Both the position numbers and the translations under genes were made by a program. A stretch of 63,872 nt of DNA, counting the filler, from Folioceros fuciformis (taxonomy: Eukaryota): assembly GCA_049999805.1 (NCBI GenBank). It is 32 parts of 32 records of this genome, joined end to end, with 100 filler letters (N's around TTAATTAATTAA, not from the genome) between each part and the next. Parts side by side here need not be neighbours in the genome. Positions count along the whole stretch, not along the records: positions 50,325 to 51,570 come from JBNGIO010003842.1; positions 51,671 to 52,814 come from JBNGIO010003843.1; positions 52,915 to 55,372 come from JBNGIO010003844.1; positions 55,473 to 56,905 come from JBNGIO010003846.1; positions 57,006 to 59,451 come from JBNGIO010003847.1; positions 59,552 to 60,960 come from JBNGIO010003848.1; positions 61,061 to 62,729 come from JBNGIO010003849.1; 25 more parts are not named here. One strand, given 5' to 3'. The notes below the pieces were generated by a model that worked only from the letters and a program-made list of their open reading frames with translations, had not been told where the DNA came from and searched no databases. Below are positions 50,325 through 62,829 of this stretch, in pieces. Each line of letters opens with the position of its first letter. Position 1 is the first letter of the stretch.

Positions 50325-51570
50325 AATTCGATATGGTGACATACCTATGGGAGTTTTGTATGCAGTTCTGTAGGCCCACAAAGCATCCTCTAGACGCAAG
50401 GACCAGTCCTTCCTGTTGGGGTTCACAGTCTTCTCCAATATCCCCTTAATCTGACGATTAGAGACCTCAGCCTGCCCACTAGTTTGTGGGTGATAAGGTG
50501 TAGAAACCTTATGTGTGACATCATATCTCTTCAAGAGAGCCTCAATCGTCCGATTGCAAAAATGGGATCCTCCATCACTAATGAGAACTCTAGGCATTCC
50601 AAACCTGCTAAAGATGTTAGACTTGATAAAATCTGCAACAACCTTAGAGTCATTAGTTCTAGTGGCCTTTGCTTCCACCCATTTGGAAACATAGTCCACT
50701 GCAAGTAAGATATAGAGAAACCCAAAAGATGAAGGGAAAGGTCCCATGAAATCTATACCCCAGACATCAAATATTTCAACAGTTATTATATTGGACAATG
50801 GCATTTGATCTCTAGGACCTAGATTTCCTGTTCTTTGGCACTTATCACAAGTTAAACAATAGGCATGTGCATCCCTAAATAATGTTGGCCAATAGAACCC
50901 AGACTCTAGCACCTTAAACGCAGTCTTCTTAGACCCAAAGTGNNNNNNNNNNAATTCGATATGGTGACATACCTATGGGAGTTTTGTATGCAGTTCTGTA
51001 GGCCCACAAAGCATCCTCTAGACGCAAGGACCAGTCCTTCCTGTTGGGGTTCACAGTCTTCTCCAATATCCCCTTAATCTGACGATTAGAGACCTCAGCC
51101 TGCCCACTAGTTTGTGGGTGATAAGGTGTAGAAACCTTATGTGTGACATCATATCTCTTCAAGAGAGCCTCAATCGTCCGATTGCAAAAATGGGATCCTC
51201 CATCACTAATGAGAACTCTAGGCATTCCAAACCTGCTAAAGATGTTAGACTTGATAAAATCTGCAACAACCTTAGAGTCATTAGTTCTAGTGGCCTTTGC
51301 TTCCACCCATTTGGAAACATAGTCCACTGCAAGTAAGATATAGAGAAACCCAAAAGATGAAGGGAAAGGTCCCATGAAATCTATACCCCAGACATCAAAT
51401 ATTTCAACAGTTATTATATTGGACAATGGCATTTGATCTCTAGGACCTAGATTTCCTGTTCTTTGGCACTTATCACAAGTTAAACAATAGGCATGTGCAT
51501 CCCTAAATAATGTTGGCCAATAGAACCCAGACTCTAGCACCTTAAACGCAGTCTTCTTAGACCCAAAGTG
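50325..51570 (-). mobile_element. Ty3/gypsy (Athila-type) integrase fragment, 618-bp twin contig
   Basis: [64 protein letters not shown]; intact frame; duplicated. Confidence 0.95.
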
Positions 51571-51670
51571 NNNNNNNNNNNNNNNNNNNNNNNNNNNNNN
51601 NNNNNNNNNNNNNNTTAATTAATTAANNNNNNNNNNNNNNNNNNNNNNNNNNNNNNNNNNNNNNNNNNNN

Positions 51671-52814
51671 TTGCTGACTTCCCCTGACACAGCCCGTGCC
51701 GTTGGGTGTGGGGAACTTCATGAGAAGCATGTATCCGGCGATGATGCATTTGAGCTTGTTGAGTGCCGGCCGTCCTATGATGGCGTTATACGAACTGAAA
51801 CAGTCCACAATTATAAATTCAGTATGTACCTCCGCCATACATGGACTGGAGCCGATGGTTAACCGCATGTAGTCAGAACCCAGCGGCTGAGTGATATCGC
51901 CGGAGAAGCTAAGCAATGGCTCATGGTCTTGTAGTAGTTTCTTGTTCCGCTTAAGGTTGTTGTAACAACCGCTGAATATGACATTGACAGCAGATCCGCT
52001 ATCCACCAAGATTCTTCCTACTGACCATCTGTCGAGAATGGCATCGATCAGGAATGGGTCGTCATGGGGTAGATGTACTCCGCGCTCCTCCTCCTCTGAG
52101 AAGGTGATGGGCTCCCAACCAGACTTTGGGAGTTTGGCGGATCTCTCGTAGCGGATGTTACAGACTTCCTTTGGGTGATTGGCGCGTGCGTAACGCTTTC
52201 TTGCCCTGTGAGACATGTTGGTGATTGGAGCCCCGCCNNNNNNNNNNTTGCTGACTTCCCCTGACACAGCCCGTGCCGTTGGGTGTGGGGAACTTCATGA
52301 GAAGCATGTATCCGGCGATGATGCATTTGAGCTTGTTGAGTGCCGGCCGTCCTATGATGGCGTTATACGAACTGAAACAGTCCACAATTATAAATTCAGT
52401 ATGTACCTCCGCCATACATGGACTGGAGCCGATGGTTAACCGCATGTAGTCAGAACCCAGCGGCTGAGTGATATCGCCGGAGAAGCTAAGCAATGGCTCA
52501 TGGTCTTGTAGTAGTTTCTTGTTCCGCTTAAGGTTGTTGTAACAACCGCTGAATATGACATTGACAGCAGATCCGCTATCCACCAAGATTCTTCCTACTG
52601 ACCATCTGTCGAGAATGGCATCGATCAGGAATGGGTCGTCATGGGGTAGATGTACTCCGCGCTCCTCCTCCTCTGAGAAGGTGATGGGCTCCCAACCAGA
52701 CTTTGGGAGTTTGGCGGATCTCTCGTAGCGGATGTTACAGACTTCCTTTGGGTGATTGGCGCGTGCGTAACGCTTTCTTGCCCTGTGAGACATGTTGGTG
52801 ATTGGAGCCCCGCC
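51671..52814 (-). mobile_element. Ty3/gypsy (Tat/Ogre-type) aspartic protease region, 567-bp twin contig
   Basis: PITFSEEE..PHDDPFLI..RILVDSGSAVNVI..YNAIIGRPALN..MKFPTPNG; intact frame; duplicated. Confidence 0.9.
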
Positions 52815-53419
52815 NNNNNNNNNNNNNNNNNNNNNNNNNNNNNNNNNNNNNNNNNNNNTTAATTAATTAANNNNNNNNNNNNNNNNNNNNNNNNNNNNNN
52901 NNNNNNNNNNNNNNACGTTCTACAAACCCCAAACAAAAACCTGTGAAAATGCATCATACAAAACCCCATCAGACAAACGGAAACGTATGAAAATCCATTA
53001 TACAAAACCCCATCAGAAACCTACGAAAATACATTGGAAAGAAATCATAATCTATTTAAACCCCCATCGGAAATCTATGAAAATCCATTATACAAAACCT
53101 CATTTGGAAAGAAGTTGAATTCTATTAAAACCCGTTCTACAAAGCCCCATTGGAAAGAAGTTAACACCTATGAAAGCCCATTATGGCAAAATACCCAATT
53201 TATATGTCAAAACGTACAAAACNNNNNNNNNNNNNNNNNNNNNNNNNNNNNNNNNNNNNNNNNNNNNNNNNNNNNNNNNNNNNNNNNNNNNNNNNNNNNN
53301 NNNNNNNNNNNNNNNNNNNNNNATATTGAATAGGCACAAAACCGAAAACTTATGAAAACCCATACTGCATAGCTATAAACCTAAAACTCAAGAGACCCCA
53401 TATTGCACAATGTATAACC

Positions 53420-54060
53420 CATGAGACCTATGAAAATTCACAACTACAAACCTATTGGAAAAAAGTTGAAACCTATGAAAAGTCACAACCCATAAAAACC
53501 CACACAACTATTAAAATTCATGATTACAAATCCACTGGAAAGAAGCTGAAACCTATGAAAAGTCACAACCTATGAAAAGTCACAATGACAACACAACACG
53601 CATTGGAAAGACATATCTACACAATGCATCTCAAAGTGAAACTCAATTTTGAGAAACCCAACGAAACAATACATCTATGAAACCTATAAGAAAGAAAGTG
53701 AAAAGTCATAGATATGACTATGAAATGTGAAAAGTCATAGCTATGACTATGAAAAGAAAGAAAGTGAAAAGTCATAGATATGACTATGAAGTGTGAAAAG
53801 TCATAGCTATGACTATGAAAAGTGAAAGTTTCAGATGCAACTATGAAAAGTGAAAAGTCACAACTAGAACTATGAAAAGTGAAAAGTCACAACTAGAACT
53901 ATGAAAAGTGAAAAGTCACACATGCAACTATAAAAAAGTAAAAGTCTACAATTTTAACTACAAAAAGTAAAATATTACAAATAGAACTATGAAAGGTTAA
54001 AAACTACAACCATAACTATGAAAAATGAAAAGTGATAACTATTATTATGAAATGTCATAG
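53420..54060. repeat. Degenerate tandem array of CTATGAAAAG(TGAAAAG)TCA-based units
   Basis: Many CTATGAAAAG and GAAAAGTCA motifs with variable 17-30 bp period. Confidence 0.8.
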
Positions 54061-56699
54061 CTAAAACAAACAATTCCAATGTCAAAACCCCTTACCCATA
54101 ATGCACATCATTGGTACCCATTACATTGGTATCCATTACAAAGAAGTGTATAAAACCCATAATGCACAACTACAAAAACCCAATTCCGCAATCAAACCCC
54201 TTACCCATGTGACACATCATTGGAAAGAAGTGTATAAAATCCATATGGCATATCTTCAAAAACTCAATTCAACATCAAAACCTGTCACCCATATTGCACA
54301 TCATTAGTACCCCATCAAAAAGAAGTGTATAGAAACGCATAGTGGACTGCTACAAAAACCCATTTTTTATGTCAAAACTTACAAAACCTATGGCAAAAAA
54401 GTCGATTCAAAAAACCCAAAAGCCCACATTCGAGAGCGATTTATGTTTATACCTCTACATGCACACAAAACTATCACTAAAGGAATGCTTACAACCCATA
54501 AAAACCCACATCGCATAATTGATAACTCCTATCTCTATAGTCATGAGATCATTGTTATCAAGAAGTGCAAGATGTTAGGCTCTGAAGTGGGGATAGATGA
54601 ACTTGCTAGGCTATGGAGTGGGGATGGATGATCCTGCCCTGCCCTGCCCTGCATTAAACTTGTTCAAAGTTAGAGTTTGTGTGAAGTAAGGAGAAGAGGT
54701 AATTTTTATTTCTTGTGGGGAACTATGTGCATATCTTTGAATAATCATGTGGACTACGAGTGGGGTGGGTGCATGGGACCCACCTACATGTCGACAATGT
54801 CTTTTATTCCACTTCTCAAGACAGTGAAAGATCCTATAAGAAGGAAGATGTACCACACCCCAAAAGACATCATTGGAGAGCCTACATCCAAGGGATCCCA
54901 AAAACAGTATATTATGCAAAGGGCATGAAAGGTTGAACCTACCAGAAAGATTGAACTTGCAATGTGCACCGTCTCCAAGAAGAAACTCTTGGTATCCCCT
55001 AGTTACCTCTTGGTATCCCCTAGTCACCTTTCTTTGAAGGATGAACTCTCAAAAGCATGATGTCATAATAACATTTAAATAAGTAAAATTTGAAATATTC
55101 TATTCAAGAAAAAAAACATATTTTAAAATATTCAATCTGCCCATAAGAAAGGATGCCATGTGTGTCAGACCCTTGCCGCCCATGGGAAGCGGAAAAAGCG
55201 CACCAAAAACTCATGGGCCAAATGAAGAGGGAGGGTCGTGGGGAGTGGGGGAGTGGAGGGGTAGCTACTGTTCCACAGCTATTGCGTTGACAGAAGGGAG
55301 CGAGAGACAAGAGGCCAGCTCTCTCGTTTCACTTATTTTGGCCCACTTTTGAGCTGCGGGCTAAATGGGGTGNNNNNNNNNNNNNNNNNNNNNNNNNNNN
55401 NNNNNNNNNNNNNNNNTTAATTAATTAANNNNNNNNNNNNNNNNNNNNNNNNNNNNNNNNNNNNNNNNNNNNTTTATGAGAATGAATAGAGATGGAAAGA
55501 AGACTTACTTGGCTTTAATAAAATCAAATATAATAATAATAAAAATATATGGCTAACCGTACAGTGTGCACCTCATCCTTTGAGAAATTTGACACGTGGT
55601 GATTAGCTCCTTTTTATAGTGTGTTTGGATAAGAATTAATTTTTTTAATTAATAATATTTTTTATCGAATTCTCTTAACGTTGCCCTACAGCTTGTGAAG
55701 TTTCCCATCGTGAGACAAGACGCTTGTTTCCCTAGATCTTCATGTGATACTACAACTGCAAATTTGGAATTTTTATGTATGTATAATATATGATATTTGC
55801 AAAAAACCGACATATTTTGAAGAGCACTTTCAACATAGATTGAATGCTACTACGAAAACTAAATACTAGAGTGGATAAAACAATTGAAAGAGTATTATTA
55901 TTGACTAAGAATGACTTAGTAAACCTAAGTACTTAGGTAAGTTAAGTAACAAGAGGACATTGTTTCCTTTAGGCACCCCATCTAAGTACCGGTCCAAATG
56001 GAGGATGCTTAATTTACGTGATGCTGTCCATTGGGGATAAGGCAAGATATTGATATTGATATGCAGGGATGGATATGATAAAAAGTATGGGAGGAGTTTG
56101 AAAAGTGGGAAGCATTGGTACGCCCAACGTGCGTTGTGCGGAAAGAAAGGTGGTATGTGAGTGCAATAAAATTTGTGGCAAAGAGGTGCAGATATTTGGG
56201 AAGGGGGCGGGAGAAAGGAANNNNNNNNNNNNNNNNNNNNNNNNNNNNNNNNNNNNNNNNNNNNNNNNNNNNNNNNNNNNNNNNNNNNNNNNNNNNNNNN
56301 NNNNNNNNNNNNNNNNNNNNCGGCGAAGGCGCAAACCGGGGGAGTGGGTTAGTGGTGTAATGAACTCGAGGGCAAGGTTGGGTGTATGGTCGAGCCAGTA
56401 AACGGAACGTGGCCATAAAGAAAAGTGTGTTGGGCCAGGCTTCCCGTTGCGTTGGGGATGCTAATCAGTACAGCAGATCAGAGGGAGCTGCTTAACTCCG
56501 GTACGCCAAATCGCCCAGCAAAGATTTGGGACGTGTGTTCAAGTATGTTAAAAGGAGCCATTTCTTGAACGATTAATGGCCGGCCCCCCGGACCAGTTTG
56601 AACAAGGCTAGTAGCCCCAGCCCAGTCCCAAGTCCCGGCCCAGGACCCTGCAGGACCAGAGGACCATCGGCCAAAGCGAGCTCACCCAGACAGACACCA

Positions 56700-56783
56700 A
56701 GCCAGCCAGCCAGCCAGCCAGCCAGCCGGGCGAGCGAGAGAGCCAAGCCAGCCAAGCCAGCCAGCCAGCCAGCCAGCCAGCCA
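56700..56783. repeat. (GCCA)n microsatellite, interrupted
   Basis: Read directly. Confidence 0.9.
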
Positions 56784-59551
56784 ACCTCTCTCTGGCCCCG
56801 GAGTCTAGGGACTTACACAGGACCCTCCCCATCCTGCCCGCTCTCTCCGTCCGCTCGCTCGCTCGCTGCTCTGCTCTGCTCTTCTCTTCTCTGCTCTCTG
56901 CTCTCNNNNNNNNNNNNNNNNNNNNNNNNNNNNNNNNNNNNNNNNNNNNTTAATTAATTAANNNNNNNNNNNNNNNNNNNNNNNNNNNNNNNNNNNNNNN
57001 NNNNNACCCCGCTCCCAGTAGTGGGTACTGACTTCCATCCTTCCTAACCAGGCAAAAGGGCGGTCTCCCAAGGACACAGGCAGAAAGCAGTACACCCTTT
57101 CGGCCTGGCCTGTCCTGGACTAGGTCGGCAGCGCAGCAGCCCAAGCACGCAAGCACCCCAAGCACGCTCACACACAAACAGACCAGCAGGCAGACAAGAT
57201 CAAACAGAAAAATGCACCTTTGCAGGCCACTTGGGATGCCCCTTCACTTTAGCCAGCACCAACTCCCCGATGCGCCAGTCCTGCTTCGTGGGAGCCAAAG
57301 CGACAGCCGGGAGCACTCCCCCACCCCGGCCCCTGCCTCTGCCCCTGCCTCTGCCCCTGCGGGCAGGCGCCATACTTAAGGGCCACCACCCACAAAAGCA
57401 AGGGCACCCCGGCCGCGGTCACGAGAGCTCCGCAATGCTCACCCTCCTTTGCAAGAAGGCAGGAGCTTCATCCGCCACCGCATCCAGCTCCAATTCCCCA
57501 ACCTGTGCCTCACCTCCCGATCCCACTGCTCTTGCATGGAGCAAACCCTGGCGTGGCTATGGCACCCGCACCTGCGCCCCCTCCTCCGCTGATCCTCCTC
57601 CACTTCGCCTGCGATTCGAGTGCTGCAATCGGCAACACTGCGATGCCCCGNNNNNNNNNNNNNNNNNNNNNNNNNNNNNNNNNNNNNNNNNNNNNNNNNN
57701 NNNNNNNNNNNNNNNNNNNNNNNNNNNNNNNNNNNNNNNNNNNNNNNNNNCCTCACTTCATGTGATGCCTCGTCCTGGTCCTGGTCCTGGCCCTGGCCCT
57801 GGCCTGGCCTGGCCTGGCCTATCTCGTACCGCACCTACCCTACGTCTCTACCTTAGCGCCGATATCATAATACATATATATATAAGCACAAACAAGAGCG
57901 TCTCGGCGCTTGCCACTCTCCTAATTCGGATCCCTCTGACCTCTTCTTCCCAAATACTTTCACATATCCTGTACTACGATTTCTTCGTGCATAATTACTA
58001 CCTCACTCCAACCTTTCCTTTTCTTCACTTCACTTCCCTCTCCAAGATTGGAGCCCTCTTTCTGTCCATTTGATTGGAACGTCACTCTCAACACATGCTA
58101 CCAAGGCCGGACTTGGAATATTTATGGCTCGGATCTATTGATGCACACATATGTGTCACAGATAGGGTAGCTGAAACCATACCACAATATTGTTTTTGTG
58201 TTGGATTATTGTCAGGTCGAGACTCATGGCTAGTTGTCTTTCATTGTCGGAGGAGATGGCCATGGTTAGTTGTCTTTCATTGTCAGAGGAGGCGGTCGCG
58301 CGCCCTATCATAAATGTCAAGAGAACTTTGTGTACAAATATGTGTTCAAGGTCGTTTTTGAGGACAAACTTTGTGTACAAATATGTGTTCAAGGTCGTTT
58401 TTGAGGACACGAGGTATGTACAACTGCAATGTCGTTTTTTAGGACTAGGGATTCTTTGCTGTTCAGAAGTTTTGTCCGTTGTTGTCTATTGTAGGCATTA
58501 TTCGCCGTATCTTGGTCATTCTTCCACATTGAGCATAGTGGTAGTACAGTACTTGAAGCCATAGTCGCTCTTCAAAACTGACCCTTGTCCTGATCATTCT
58601 TCCACATTCAGGTGGGTGCTGTACTGTACTTGGAGCCATCGTCACTCTTCAAAACTGTTTATATACAACACAGTCACTCTTCAAAACTGTTTATATACAA
58701 CACACACCACACGTTCACATCCAGGTCACTCTTCAAAACTGTTTATATACAACACACACCACACGTTCACATCCAGGTCGTTCTTTACAACTTGAGGTAG
58801 GTTGACGTACTCCAAACCTCTCTTCTCATAAGTGCAGTACTGTGGATAGTTGCAGGTGTATTTGTCACAAGTGCACTACATGGGACGGCTCCACAACCAC
58901 TATTCAAAACCATTCATATACACAACACATTCATATTCAAATCAATCTTCGCAACTCGAGTTAGGGTGACATCCTTCAAATCACTCTTTAAGAGCGTGTT
59001 CACATCCAGGTCGTAGGTTGACATATTCCAAATCACATTTTAGGACCATATTCACATTCAAGTCTGTCTTCACAACTTAAGGTATCACTCGAAATCACTC
59101 TTCAGGTTTCTTCATTCCCCATAACAGTTGGTAGTGCTCTTGATATATATGTGCAAGTGTACATGCCACAGATGCAAGACATGTGTACTTAGGATGGCTC
59201 TCCACACAAAGTTTGTTCGTTGATATATATGTGCAAGTGTACATGTCACAGATGCAAGACATGCGTACTTAGGATGGCTCTCAAGACAAAGTTTGTTCGT
59301 TGTTGGGAGCTAGCAGCGACTTGCAGGAATGGGTGCGTACTTAGAACATTACACATTATTAAAATGCACCATGTAAATAGTTGAGTCGTTAGAACCACTC
59401 TTTTAAGACCAAGTTGTTCATTGTTGGAGATAGTAGCAACTTAAGGCTAGGNNNNNNNNNNNNNNNNNNNNNNNNNNNNNNNNNNNNNNNNNNNNTTAAT
59501 TAATTAANNNNNNNNNNNNNNNNNNNNNNNNNNNNNNNNNNNNNNNNNNNN

Positions 59552-60960
59552 CCCGGGGGAGGAAATCCAGCAACTCTATGGGCCCGAAGAGATCGTTGTC
59601 ATGGAGCTTCCATGTCGCGAAGAGCGTGATGAGGGTGTTCGCCTGCACGTTCTGAAATTGTGTTCCGTTCGGGAAGAGCTGGAGGAAGAGCTGCACCCTC
59701 GGCCCCGCCTGCCAGGTATAGTTCCGGACGTACACCAGGGCGACGGGAAGCTGGATGTTTCCGTTGGTGGCGATGGAGATGGCGTCCGCGATGTGGCTCT
59801 CGAAGCTGCTCACCAAGGGCGCGAACAGGGAGAAGCTGGGGCTCTTGAGCCGGAGGCGGAGCGTGATGGGGAGCTTGCAGTTGCAGGCCTGGCCGGCCGC
59901 GGCCCACGAGTACTGGAACTGGCCGGGGCACGAGAGACCGCTGCACCCGCTCGGATCTCCCAGCGACGACCCGTCGGAGTCCAGGACCAGCGGGGGAAAC
60001 AAGCTCTCGTCCTTCTGGTTGCAATTTTCGGAGTTGGCGAAGCTGCCCGAACATACAGGGTTCCCGCTCAGCCAGAGCGCGATNNNNNNNNNNNNNNNNN
60101 NNNNNNNNNNNNNNNNNNNNNNNNNNNNNNNNNNNNNNNNNNNNNNNNNNNNNNNNNNNNNNNNNNNNNNNNNNNNNNNNNNNGGAGAGATGGGAGGGGG
60201 CCTAGTTCTAAGCCGCTGATGTCCTGGGAGAGGTTGTTGGAAGAGAGGTAGATGGAGGTGAGGTTGGGGAGGGCGAGCGCCGGAAGGCTGCCGGAAAGGG
60301 AGTTCTGGCTCAGATCCAATAACCTGAGGGAGGGGATGTTGCCGATGCCGGGGGGGATTTGGCCCTGGAGATGGCATCCCCGCATGCTGAGCTTGACGAG
60401 GGCCGGGAACTTTCCGGGTTGGCCGAAGGAGCTGGGGATGGGCTGCCCGGCAAAGGGGTTGTTGTCGACCTGGACAATTTCGAGAGTGGAGCTGTTGGCG
60501 AGGTCGGCGGGGATGATTCCCGTTAGCTGGTTGTTGTCCACCAGGAGATGAAGTGCGTTCGGGAGAGAGCCAATTCCTGTCGGAATGGTGCCGGAGAGGG
60601 AGTTGTTGTTGAGGTGGAGGTGCTGGATGGCCAGCAGGTTGGTGAAGGAGGTTGGAATCTGCTCGGTGAAGTTGTTCTGGTCCACCTGCAGCCGGATGAG
60701 GGTCGCTAGCCGGCCCAGTTCCGCAGGGAGCGGGCCTGTCATGTTGTTCCCGCTCAGCAGCAGGAGCTGAAGCAACGCGAGATTGCCGATGGAGGATGGT
60801 AGACTCCCCGAGATGTTGTTCCACATCAAGTCCAGCGTCACCAGGTTCGTCAGATCCCCGACCTCCGGGGCGAGCACGCCTTGCAACCCCATGCGGAAAA
60901 GACGAAGCTCAGTCACCGTCCCCACTCCCTGCGCATTTTGCTCGCAAATCACCCCCGCCC
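59552..60960 (-). CDS. LRR receptor-like kinase ectodomain, LRR-VIII-1 (At1g06840-like), partial
   Basis: Plant LRRs (LDLMWNNISGSLP, LLLSGNNMTGPLP, LQVDQN, HLHLNNNSLSGTIP, HLLVDNN, IVQVDNNPF, KLSMRGCHLQG). The juxtamembrane island has WLSGNPVC..RLKSPSFS..WQAGPRV..FGPIELLDF. Confidence 0.9.
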
Positions 60961-61348
60961 NNNNNNNNNNNNNNNNNNNNNNNNNNNNNNNNNNNNNNNN
61001 NNNNTTAATTAATTAANNNNNNNNNNNNNNNNNNNNNNNNNNNNNNNNNNNNNNNNNNNNTGCCTCCACATATGTTAACCGCGCTTTGGTGTTCAAATTG
61101 AAGTGGAAGGCAAGGTGGCATTTAAGAATATATGGACAATGCGGGCGATGCTGGACAGCGCGGGCGGTGGTGGAGAACGCGAACGGTGGTGGAGAATGCG
61201 GGCGGTGCTGGAGGTGGAAGGCCCGGTGTTTTGCCTATGGCAAAATACAAGAGATATTTGAGAGATACACTGAGGGACATACGAGGTGCGAAGGCAGGAG
61301 TTGCGCATGATTAAAATGATGGACCATCTCCGAAGCATTTACTGCTTT

Positions 61349-61454
61349 GGAGATTGAGAGGCAAATGCTTCGGAGATTGAGAGGCAAATGCTTCGGAGAT
61401 TGAGAGGCAAATGCTTTGGAGATTGAGAGGCAAATGCTTTGGAGATTGAGAGGC
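61349..61454. repeat. 23-bp minisatellite GGAGATTGAGAGGCAAATGCTT(C/T), ~4.6 copies
   Basis: Units start at 61349, 61372, 61395, 61418, 61441. Confidence 0.93.
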
Positions 61455-61996
61455 TTTGATTCCCTCACGCCGGAAGCCTTGATGACAAGGCAAATTATTT
61501 GCTGAGGTTTGACTGTATCATTGAGCTCCCACGAGCGCTGACTGTACTATTGAGTTCCAGCGAGGGCCAACTATATTATTCAGTTCCCACATTCCCTCAC
61601 GCTGCAGGCATTGAAGACACGGCAAATTATTTGCTGAGGTCCAACTATACAATCCACCCTCCCTAAATGTTACCTGTTGGNNNNNNNNNNNNNNNNNNNN
61701 NNNNNNNNNNNNNNNNNNNNNNNNNNNNNNNNNNNNNNNNNNNNNNNNNNNNNNNNNNNNNNNNNNNNNNNNNNNNNNNNACCTGTTGGGAGTAGGGCAT
61801 TGGGTAGCATGTAGGGAGGTGTAACAATAAGAGAATTCAAGTATTTATCAAAAATAAAATATTTGTATTTATTTAAAATATAGAAATGATGAAATATATT
61901 TTATATATGCTTATTTATTTTATTAAATATATAATAAGAAAATTATATTACTTAATATTATTATAACTTTATAATAAATAAAATAAGAAATAAACT

Positions 61997-62215
61997 TCAA
62001 ATTAACCTAAAAAAATTGATTATTTCTACTTGTTTCAAAAAGGACCTAACCTGTTTTAAAACTTCTTTTTCAATTTGTTGCAAATTCGTAATTGTAGACA
62101 TAGTATCATTTGGTTGTTGCTCCAAAAATATACGTATCACCCTAAGTGCATCTTCCACTTGAGCATGACCTAAAATAGGTCTTTCTTCATAATATTCTAT
62201 TGAACAGAAGCCCAT
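61997..62215 (-). mobile_element. C-terminal remnant of a pogo/Tigger (CENP-B-like) transposase
   Basis: ..VEDALRVIRIFLEQQ..LQQIEKEV..LKQVEIINFF* resembles the PIP-box-like KQxxIxxFF terminus of this family. Confidence 0.5.
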
Positions 62216-62829
62216 GTATCATATGCATCTGGAGTAGAAAAGATAGCACATGCATTTGTGACCTTATAATCAATAAATTCTTGTGAAGACATAGTAGGGG
62301 TCAATCGTGTTGTTTCAAGTCCCAAATTCCTCATTTAACAAAGAAGCATTTTGGTTTCTATGTAATCTCTATTGAATAAATCTTATGAGAGTGCCACCCA
62401 TAGGTCCATAAAAGAAGGGATGAACCCACCTAGTATTTGTAGTCTAACTCCCTCTTCACTTGTATTGTGTTGTTTTTGTAATTCTCCTTTTTATTTGAGT
62501 TTAAGAGTCTTGTTATAGTGCTCTTATTTTTGGGATTCTGCATCTTGCTTCAACTAACTTGTTTTAACCTTCTTTGAGCATGGCGGGGGTGACATCTCAA
62601 CATCTACGTATTCAATCACACTATCACTCTCACCCATTTGAAAAGAATCTACGCCTTAAGAACAAGCGATTCACAAGGCTCTTGTTCTCATACAAAGCCT
62701 CTAATTTCAGCCAAGCCTCTCTTGCTGATNNNNNNNNNNNNNNNNNNNNNNNNNNNNNNNNNNNNNNNNNNNNTTAATTAATTAANNNNNNNNNNNNNNN
62801 NNNNNNNNNNNNNNNNNNNNNNNNNNNNN

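Noticed and set aside
59496-60824. 442-aa ORF as a single protein
   Set aside because: It is a chimera of a wrong frame before the 100-N gap and the true RLK frame after it.
61349-61454. 23-bp repeats (also the 25-, 63- and 18-bp arrays) as CRISPR arrays
   Set aside because: The units are contiguous with no unique spacers, and no cas genes are present.
11958-62829. Regularly recurring TTAATTAATTAA as a biological repeat, CRISPR or att site; gene neighbourhoods across it
   Set aside because: It is always centred in exactly 88 Ns, so it is a synthetic six-frame-stop linker. ORFs ending in 'LIN' or spanning X runs are artefacts.
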